NCBI GenBank assembly: GCA_016220095.1
Contig: JACRIJ010000044.1
Coordinates: forward strand, 4,191-68,190
Length of the DNA: 64,000 bases
From: Planctomycetota bacterium
GTDB lineage: Bacteria > Planctomycetota > MHYJ01 > JACQXL01 > JACRIJ01
Direction of reading: 5' to 3'
Under the pieces are notes generated by a model that saw only the letters and a list, made by a program, of their open reading frames with translations, was not told the origin of the DNA and did not search any database. Positions within the stretch are counted from its first letter, which is position 1. Each line of letters begins with the position of its first letter. Positions 57,442 to 64,000 of this stretch are shown one piece after another. The position numbers and the translations under genes are program-made.

Positions 57442-57707
57442 GCGCGCAAATCCTCTCTACGAACGAAAATGAAAAAGGAAAAATGAATAATGAAGGACGA
57501 GACGGCGAAATCTATGGGGCAGAGGTCCTTGCCGATTTAATGATTTGATGACTGGAAGACTTGATGATTTGACGATTACGCGTCCGTCGTCAATCATTAA
57601 ATCACCAGCTCATCCAGTCATTAAATCACAGCAGTCCTTCATTCTCCATTTTTCATTATTCATTATTCGTATGAACCGCAGCGATATTGCAACGTTATTT
57701 TCAATTC

Positions 57708-58256
57708 TCAATTTTTAATTCTTACTTTATCAATCCGGTCCATTATAACTTCAACGGACGCCAACCGCCCCTTGCCTTCGGTGCCGCAGGCAAGCCGGCC
57801 TTTTTCGGGTTCAATAAAATCATATCCGATGGATTTAAGCGCCTTGATGTTTTTCTGCAATACAGGATTGTTGTACATAACGTCATTCATTGCCGGAGCT
57901 ATGACTACCGGGGCTTTTGACGCCATCACCGCGGTAGTCAGGTAATCATCCGCGATGCCGTTTGCTAATTTGCCTATGATGTTCGCCGTTGCAGGCGCTA
58001 TCAATATGAGCCGACAGAGACGCGCCAGCGGTATGTGCCCTTCCTCAACTTCATAATCCTGCGGAAACATCTCCGTAATAACCTTGCGGCATGTAATGGT
58101 CTGAAACGTAAGTGGCGCGATAAACTTCTGCGCCGCGGCTGTCATGACCACGTGCACTGAATACCCGTTCTGGACGAGCTTTGAAGCGAGGTCCGCCGCC
58201 TTGTAACAGGCAATACTGCCCGTCACGCCCAGCAGTATTTCCGTGGAATTCTTCAT
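57708..58256 (-). CDS. coaC: Phosphopantothenoylcysteine decarboxylase (CoaC flavoprotein domain, stand-alone).
   Basis: ILLGVTGSIACYKAADLASKLVQNGYSVHVVMTAAAQKFIAPLTFQ...PAMNDVMYNNPVLQKNIKAL. Confidence 0.85.
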   Translation of the reverse strand: MKNSTEILLGVTGSIACYKAADLASKLVQNGYSVHVVMTAAAQKFIAPLTFQTITCRKVITEMFPQDYEVEEGHIPLARLCRLILIAPATANIIGKLANGIADDYLTTAVMASKAPVVIAPAMNDVMYNNPVLQKNIKALKSIGYDFIEPEKGRLACGTEGKGRLASVEVIMDRIDKVRIKN

Positions 58257-58277
58257 GCCTTCCTCCTGATAGCCGGG

Positions 58278-58472
58278 TTACTTTTTGACCAGTTTAACCT
58301 TTTCGCCGATAATCTCATCAAGAACGATTTCAATGGGATTAACCGCCTGGGTATCCACGAGCTTCTGCGCGCCCCTGATCAATTCCACAATCCTCTTCTG
58401 CATAAGGACGGTCAGCGTGAATTTGCCGCCGACCTTTGCAGTCGCCAATTCAATTTTCTTCATCAACATCAT
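58278..58472 (-). CDS. rpoZ: DNA-directed RNA polymerase subunit omega.
   Basis: MKKIELATAKVGGKFTLTVLMQKRIVELIRGAQKLVD is the RpoZ-like N-terminus. The conserved position between gmk and coaBC supports the call. Confidence 0.7.
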   Translation of the reverse strand: MMLMKKIELATAKVGGKFTLTVLMQKRIVELIRGAQKLVDTQAVNPIEIVLDEIIGEKVKLVKK

Positions 58473-58546
58473 AAACTAAACTCCTTATGGAAATTTAAGA
58501 TTTTCGTGTTAACGTAAATACTAACTCTTAAATCCTACATCTTAAA

Positions 58547-59137
58547 TCAATACTTCGTTTCCCGCAGCGCAATTTCAAGTATCTTAGCAACCGCTTTATC
58601 TATATCGTTATTTACTACCCTATAGTCATAAATGCTCTTATATTCCATTTCCGATTCGGCGAGCTTGATGCGTTTTTCCATTTCAACGGCGGTTTCCGTA
58701 CTGCGTTTCTGCAGGCGCTCCTTCAGGGCACTCTTCCGGGGCGGCAGGAGGAAGATATAAACCGCGTCCACTTTCTTTCTTTTCAATTGCAGAACGCCCT
58801 GCGGGTCAAGCGTAAGGAGCGGCACACTGCCGTAATCCGAGATTCTTTTCAATTCCGATTTCAACGTGCCGTAGCGCGCGCCGGCGATATCAGCGTGTTC
58901 AAGAAACCTGCGCTGTTTAAGCCATCCGCCGAATTTTTTTTCCGCTATGAAATAATAATCAACGCCTTCTTTTTCATTCCGACGCATTTTGCGGGTAGTC
59001 GCGGAAACCGAACGTTCAAACTTTATGCCGCAACTGCCGGGCAGTTTCAAAAGCCGCCCGCACACGGTGGACTTGCCCACGCCCGAAGGCCCTGAAATAA
59101 CCACTGCTTTTTTCTGCAAACAGCTGTTCCTATTCAA
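58547..59137 (-). CDS. gmk: Guanylate kinase.
   Basis: The P-loop is VVISGPSGVGKSTV. It overlaps yicC by 8 bp. Confidence 0.95.
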   Translation of the reverse strand: MNRNSCLQKKAVVISGPSGVGKSTVCGRLLKLPGSCGIKFERSVSATTRKMRRNEKEGVDYYFIAEKKFGGWLKQRRFLEHADIAGARYGTLKSELKRISDYGSVPLLTLDPQGVLQLKRKKVDAVYIFLLPPRKSALKERLQKRSTETAVEMEKRIKLAESEMEYKSIYDYRVVNNDIDKAVAKILEIALRETKY

Positions 59138-60011
59138 TATTTTGGACCTGTTCTTTTATCTTTTCAAGGTTATTTTTTATTCCGACCGCCACGCTGACAA
59201 TCTTATTGTCATTAGCCTTGGAAGCGATGGTATTGGCTTCCCTGAACAGTTCCTGGACTATAAACTCAAGGTTCTTTCCTATATTTTCAGAACGTTTCAG
59301 GATATCGGTAAATTCGGTCAGATGCGAACTTATGCGCTGGGTTTCCTCGGATATATCGCATTTATCCGCGAAAAGCGCGATTTCCCTCGCAAGCTCGTTC
59401 GCCTGCAAGTTATGACTGCGCGTATCAACGAGTTTCTTGAGGCGCTGTTCGAGTTTGAATTTATATTCCTTTATTGTCTGGGGGGCGAATTTTTCTATTT
59501 TTTTAAGCTGTTCCGCTATTTCGGCGGCGACTGAAACGATATGTTTCTGTATTTTTGCGCCTTCGCGCATCCGTGCCGAATCAAACCTGACAAGCGCCGC
59601 GGTTACGGCCCTGCGCACCCTCGGCCAAAGACGCCTTGTGCGTTCCCTGTCAAGTTTTTCATTACGGTCCAGCACGCCTGGGAGGAGAAGTATCGTATCC
59701 AGCGAAAGTTCCGGCTTTATGCACAACTCATCTTTCAATCCCCTTAACTGCTTCATGTAAAGCCGTATGGCTTCCCTGTTGATGGATATATGCTCAGGCA
59801 TTTCCTGCTGAAGGCTTATGAATATTTCAAGCGTACCGCGCGAAACGGCGTTTTTCGCGAGCAATTCCACATCCTGCTGGAAAATCCTCAACGCATCCGG
59901 CAAAGTCGTATTTATTTTCAGGTAACGGCCGTTGTAGGAACGCACTTCTACTTCTATGCAAAAACCGCTTTCCTTCTCCTGCGCGTACCCGAAACCTGTC
60001 ATGCTTTTCAT
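59130..60011 (-). CDS. yicC: YicC-family stress-induced protein.
   Basis: MKSMTGFGYAQEKESGFCIEVEVRSYNGRYLKI is the YicC N-terminal signature. Confidence 0.85.
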   Translation of the reverse strand: MKSMTGFGYAQEKESGFCIEVEVRSYNGRYLKINTTLPDALRIFQQDVELLAKNAVSRGTLEIFISLQQEMPEHISINREAIRLYMKQLRGLKDELCIKPELSLDTILLLPGVLDRNEKLDRERTRRLWPRVRRAVTAALVRFDSARMREGAKIQKHIVSVAAEIAEQLKKIEKFAPQTIKEYKFKLEQRLKKLVDTRSHNLQANELAREIALFADKCDISEETQRISSHLTEFTDILKRSENIGKNLEFIVQELFREANTIASKANDNKIVSVAVGIKNNLEKIKEQVQNIE

Positions 60012-60030
60012 AAAAAAACCAATCCGTATG

Positions 60031-60342
60031 TTATTTGTCTGCCGGCGCTTTTTCGGGTGAAGACGCCGCCGGTTTTGAAAGTTCTATGCCTTCATGTTTC
60101 ACAGGCAGTTTATTTATGATGACCGCCAGAGCGAAATAAATGACTACAAGCACGATTGTAAATTTCCACGCGTAGGAAATAGCCTTGGTACCGAAGAAAG
60201 AATCGCTGACGCCGCCGCCGAAAGCGCTCGCAAGCCCGCCGCCTTCATGAGGCTGTATTAATACCACTGCTATCATCAATATACATACCAATATAAAAAC
60301 CACGGTCAATAAAACAAACAAAAATCCCATATAGAACCTCAA
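60031..60342 (-). CDS. secG: Preprotein translocase subunit SecG.
   Basis: Two TM helices plus LIQPHEGGGLASAFGGGVSDSFFG. Confidence 0.85.
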   Translation of the reverse strand: MRFYMGFLFVLLTVVFILVCILMIAVVLIQPHEGGGLASAFGGGVSDSFFGTKAISYAWKFTIVLVVIYFALAVIINKLPVKHEGIELSKPAASSPEKAPADK

Positions 60343-60347
60343 AAATA

Positions 60348-61106
60348 TTAATAATATTTTACAATCTTCTCAAAAGAATCAGCCTTAAGACTGGCGCCTC
60401 CCACGAGAGCGCCGTCAATGTCCGGCGCACTCATAAGTTCTTTTATGTTCTCGGGTTTTACACTGCCGCCGTAGAGAATAAGCATTTCGCCTGCTACGGC
60501 CGGCCCTGCGATACCCGAAATAAGCCCTCTAATCATATTATGCACTTCCTGGGCCTGGGCCTGCGTAGCGGTCTTGCCGGTGCCGATGGCCCATACGGGT
60601 TCGTAGGCAACGACCATCCGCCTGATATCGTCCGCGGAAAAACCTTTAAGCCCGTTGCGCACCTGGCTTGTGATGACACTGCCGGTCTGCCCGGATTCAC
60701 GCTGATTCAGAAGTTCGCCTACGCATAAAACCGGCGTAAGCCCTTCCTTCAGGCATGCCCTCAGCTTTTTATTTATAATTTCGTCAGTCTCTCCCATTAT
60801 ATGCCTGCGTTCGGAATGGCCGATGATTGCATAATCACAACCGACATCCTTAAGCATGCCTGCGGAAATTCCGCCGGTAAACGCGCCTGACGCCTCGTAA
60901 AACGCGTCCTGCGCGCCAAGCTTTATGTCACTGCCTTCAAGAACGTCTTTCACGTCAAGCAAATACACGAACGGCGGACATATTGCAACGGAAACCTTCT
61001 CAAAGACATCTTCCTTTAGAAGTCTTTTTATGCCTGAAGCGAGCTCAACAGCCTCCTTAAGGCAGGTATTCATCTTCCAATTACCCATCATTAATTTCTT
61101 GCGCAT
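60348..61106 (-). CDS. tpiA: Triosephosphate isomerase.
   Basis: MRKKLMMGNWKMN...AIIGHSERR...AYEPVWAIGTG... Confidence 0.95.
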   Translation of the reverse strand: MRKKLMMGNWKMNTCLKEAVELASGIKRLLKEDVFEKVSVAICPPFVYLLDVKDVLEGSDIKLGAQDAFYEASGAFTGGISAGMLKDVGCDYAIIGHSERRHIMGETDEIINKKLRACLKEGLTPVLCVGELLNQRESGQTGSVITSQVRNGLKGFSADDIRRMVVAYEPVWAIGTGKTATQAQAQEVHNMIRGLISGIAGPAVAGEMLILYGGSVKPENIKELMSAPDIDGALVGGASLKADSFEKIVKYY

Positions 61107-61111
61107 AAATA

Positions 61112-61184
61112 CGATTCCAAGATTACAAGATTCTAAGATTAGAATCCTTTAATCTTAGAATCTTGTAATCTTAGAATCTTCCAA
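61112..61184. repeat. Palindromic decamer AGATTnnAAG array immediately upstream of the tpiA start.
   Basis: cgattccaagattacaagattctaagattagaatcctttaatcttagaatcttgtaatcttagaatcttccaatc. Confidence 0.8.
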
Positions 61185-61244
61185 TCAATAAAACATATTA
61201 GTATACTAAAAACGGTCTTTTTGTCAAGAAAAATCAAAAATTTG

Positions 61245-61272
61245 TTGCATATTTGCCTTAAAGTTGTATAAT
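61245..61272 (+). promoter_or_regulatory. Sigma70-like promoter for tatA, with a leader of about 180 nt.
   Basis: -35 TTGCAT (61245-61250), a 16-bp spacer, then -10 TATAAT (61267-61272). Confidence 0.5.
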
Positions 61273-61352
61273 CAGAGGGCAAGAGGTTTGTAATTTGCAC
61301 GGCTGAAATTCAAAAAAGGACTTTTTGCCGGTAAGATCTTCTGCGCAAAAAA

Positions 61353-61394
61353 CCTGCCTGCGCGAAGCCGATGCTTCGCTTCGGCGGAGGCAGG
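61353..61394. repeat. 42-bp hairpin element, the exact reverse-complement copy of 8251-8292, inside the tatA leader.
   Basis: cctgcctgcgcgaagccgatgcttcgcttcggcggaggcagg. Confidence 0.85.
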
Positions 61395-61451
61395 CGCGGA
61401 AGTTGAGACGTAAGAAACTAAACCCCGTAACCCTAAACACCGTATCTATTT

Positions 61452-61784
61452 ATGTTTGCATTCTTAGGAAATATCGGTTTTGGCGAAATAGTCGTCATCG
61501 CCATCGTAGGGCTCATCCTTTTCGGAGAACGCCTGCCTGAAGTGGCCAAAAGCCTCGGAAAAAACGTCTCTGACCTCAATAAATCCCTGAAAGAAACCAA
61601 AGACAGCATCTTGAATCCGGATTTGAACGAACCTATAAACGACGCGGTGAATACCCTGAAAAAAGAAGCGGGGGACATTAACAAAATCCTCATTGAAACA
61701 AAGGACGCCGTCGCAGACGAATCGCCCATAGATAAAGCCCCTGATATGGAAAACCGCACGGAAAACACCGGCGACAAAACGTAG
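61452..61784 (+). CDS. tatA: Twin-arginine translocase subunit TatA/E family.
   Basis: MFAFLGNIGFGEIVVIAIVGLILFGERLPEVAKSLGKNVSDLNKSLKE. Confidence 0.85.
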   Translation: MFAFLGNIGFGEIVVIAIVGLILFGERLPEVAKSLGKNVSDLNKSLKETKDSILNPDLNEPINDAVNTLKKEAGDINKILIETKDAVADESPIDKAPDMENRTENTGDKT

Positions 61785-61844
61785 AATGACAAAAGGAAAG
61801 GTTGTGAAATCAGGCATTATTAACAGTAATACGTATATTGAATT

Positions 61845-64000
61845 ATGTTAAGCAAGGTTGCAGAACTCGTTCTAAAGAAATGCCTCGGGCATAAAGACAA
61901 TGAATCACTGCTCATAGTAACGGACATGGAATACAGTTCGTTCTCTATGGCATTCCATGAGTCCGCCTGCAAACTCGGCATATCAAGCGTTATTTCCTGC
62001 AAGGAATCCTCCAAATTCCCGGACCAGGAGCCGCCCGATGCCATTACCGCCGCAATGCAAAACACCGGCATTGCCCTTATGATAACAAAGGCTTCCATGA
62101 TTAATACCAGCGCAAGACTGCTTGCGAACCGCAAAGGTAAAACGCGCATCGCAGGCATATCCGGCATACCTAAAGAACGCCTGCCTCTGCTTCTGAATGT
62201 TGATTATGACAGCATGCGGAAATACGCCCTGAATATATCAGGCGCACTCGCAAAGGCATCCGTTGTCCGTGTAACTTCCCCGTCCGGAACCGACCTTACC
62301 TTCAAAATCAAAGAAGACGGCATTTCACATAATGCCGGCATTATCGCCAAAAAAGGCGAATTCTGCACACTGCCTGCAGGCACCTTAAACATCCTGCCGC
62401 TGGAAAAAACCGTCCACGGCACCATTGTCGCGGATGCCAGCATAGAAGGCATCGGCCTGCTGAAAAAACCCGTCACCATTAAAGTGGAAAAAGGCCATGC
62501 TTATGAAATAAATTCGCTGCAACTCAAAAAAATCATAGCCCCGCACGGCGCGCCCGCGCTGTGCATAGCCTCGCTGGGCATGGGCATCAATCCCTGCGCG
62601 TCAGTTTCCGGGTGTCCTCATGAAGACATAATTGCGCTCGGCACGATGTTCATAGCCCTCGGCGATAACACGCATATAGGCGGCTCCAACAGAGTGCCCT
62701 GCCGCGTAAACTGCGTAATCAAAAACCCCAGCATTTATATTGACAATTACAAACTGCCCGGCATAGCGGCGCTGAATGAAAAAAACTGCGATGCCTCCGA
62801 GGCGGTGACTGAAGGCATTTTTGAATCAGCCTCTGAAATTGCGTTTTCGCTCGGAAATGAACTGTATAAGATACTGTTTAACAGCGTAAATATGCCTTAT
62901 TATATATTGGATATAGATTCGCAAAGATTCCTGGAAGTGAACCAGAAATTCGCCGACTTCACGGGCTATGCCAGGGAAGAACTCCTCTCCGGCAGTATAA
63001 CCGCGAAAGACCTCGTTTCCGACGAAGATATGGCGCTGTTTGAATCAAAACTGTCCAAACGCAAGACCATAACAACGGAACAATACACATTGAACCTGAA
63101 AAATAAAAAAGGCGAAAAGACCTTCGCGCAGCTACACGTGCAATACCTGAAATTGAAAGGCCGAAATACCGTAATCGTCGTCGTATATGACCTCAGCGAC
63201 ATGGTCAGAATGGCCAAAAACCTGCGCGAAAAAATGCTCGTGCTCGCCGATTCCAACGCGCGCATCCACGCGCTTACGGAAAAAATAAAGAACGTGCCTT
63301 ATATGACGCAATTACTGCTTAACGCCGAAAGCGAAATGGAAATACTGGAAAAGGCGTCGGCAATGCTGTGCGACAGGCAGGGCCTTGCATATAAGAGCGC
63401 GTCATTCTACTTCGCAAAGGAAAACAAACTGCGCCTGTTCTATTCGTCACAACCCATGCCCGGCAACGACCTGGCTGTAAATACAAACGCATCCGCTGAA
63501 AAAGAAATATCCATTGATTCGCCCCATCCGTACGCCAGATTGTTTAAAAATGAAATTCCTTCCGTTGAAAATGAACTGCAGATAGCCCTTGCAATGAAAG
63601 GCCGCCAGGAAACCGTCGGCATCATAGAAGTGTCCCTTCACCATAAGGAAAAACAGCTTATGGATGAAAATGAACAGGCTAAAAGGGGCTATTACGATGT
63701 GCTTAAAACGCTGACAAACATGATCGGGCTTATCATAGAAAACAGGCGCCTCTATGAAAGGGTGCAGAAACAGGCTATTACGGACAGGCTTACGAAAGTA
63801 TTCAACAGGCGCTACTTTGATAACCGCTTCAAGGACGAAGTCCGCCGCGCAATAAGATACTCAAGGGACCTTTCCATATTGTTCCTTGACGTTGATAACC
63901 TTAAAACCATTAACGATACCTACGGCCATACGCAGGGCGACCTCGTATTGGCCACCATCGGCTCACTCCTGAAAAAAAACAGCAGGGACGTTGACGTGGT
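61845..64000 (+). CDS. Multidomain signalling protein with an M29-like aminopeptidase domain, PAS, GAF-like and GGDEF domains. It is partial: it runs off the window end, so it is not in the ORF track.
   Basis: Manual translation from ATG 61845 gives MLSKVAELVLKKCLGHKDNESLLIVTDMEY... (M29/aminopeptidase-T-like N-terminus). Then ...MPYYILDIDSQRFLEVNQKFADFTGYAREELLSGS (PAS). Then ...RLTKVFNRRYFDNRF...LSILFLDVDNLKTINDTYGHTQGDLVL (GGDEF; the GGDEF signature itself lies beyond the window). Confidence 0.75.
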   Translation, partial: MLSKVAELVLKKCLGHKDNESLLIVTDMEYSSFSMAFHESACKLGISSVISCKESSKFPDQEPPDAITAAMQNTGIALMITKASMINTSARLLANRKGKTRIAGISGIPKERLPLLLNVDYDSMRKYALNISGALAKASVVRVTSPSGTDLTFKIKEDGISHNAGIIAKKGEFCTLPAGTLNILPLEKTVHGTIVADASIEGIGLLKKPVTIKVEKGHAYEINSLQLKKIIAPHGAPALCIASLGMGINPCASVSGCPHEDIIALGTMFIALGDNTHIGGSNRVPCRVNCVIKNPSIYIDNYKLPGIAALNEKNCDASEAVTEGIFESASEIAFSLGNELYKILFNSVNMPYYILDIDSQRFLEVNQKFADFTGYAREELLSGSITAKDLVSDEDMALFESKLSKRKTITTEQYTLNLKNKKGEKTFAQLHVQYLKLKGRNTVIVVVYDLSDMVRMAKNLREKMLVLADSNARIHALTEKIKNVPYMTQLLLNAESEMEILEKASAMLCDRQGLAYKSASFYFAKENKLRLFYSSQPMPGNDLAVNTNASAEKEISIDSPHPYARLFKNEIPSVENELQIALAMKGRQETVGIIEVSLHHKEKQLMDENEQAKRGYYDVLKTLTNMIGLIIENRRLYERVQKQAITDRLTKVFNRRYFDNRFKDEVRRAIRYSRDLSILFLDVDNLKTINDTYGHTQGDLVLATIGSLLKKNSRDVDV

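Overview
This 64 kb window looks like part of an uncultivated bacterial chromosome; the giant repeat-protein genes and repeat-dense spacers suggest an Omnitrophota-like lineage, but that is a guess. Most genes are on the minus strand. The coding regions are GC-moderate, while the intergenic spacers are AT-rich and unusually dense with dispersed repeats. Housekeeping content includes rplM-rpsI, argS, a csaA-like gene with tilS, a ferredoxin with an acyl-CoA dehydrogenase, hup, pilMN with a pilO-like gene, the yicC-gmk-rpoZ-coaC-coaB cluster, tpiA-secG, tatA and one tRNA-Gln(UUG). Accessory content includes a type II restriction-modification pair in an AT-rich segment and an archaemetzincin-like peptidase. 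There is also a C45-family Ntn hydrolase and a six-Cys micro-ORF next to a polyferredoxin membrane protein. A remnant of a large serine recombinase sits beside a membrane trypsin-like protease. Several large secreted beta-helix and Ig-like proteins are present as well. The dominant feature is a locus of about 20 kb (28.4-48.1 kb) encoding a giant secreted repeat protein of roughly 5,390 aa once an apparent -1 frameshift near 45.3 kb is bridged. It is built from eight super-repeats of about 650-700 aa and ends in a beta-propeller. It is followed in the same orientation by a 949-aa beta-propeller/FN3/beta-helix surface protein and a membrane HEAT-repeat protein. The spacers carry at least seven repeat families: nested MITE-like palindromes, phased AGATTnnAAG decamer arrays, 9-mer TCGTCG arrays, a CCGAG-periodic element, a 42-bp hairpin and a 28-bp hairpin each present twice, and a composite hairpin element present four times. 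One repeat is inserted in-frame inside coaB. Coordinates, motifs and domain calls were all derived by eye from the sequence; no database searches were possible.
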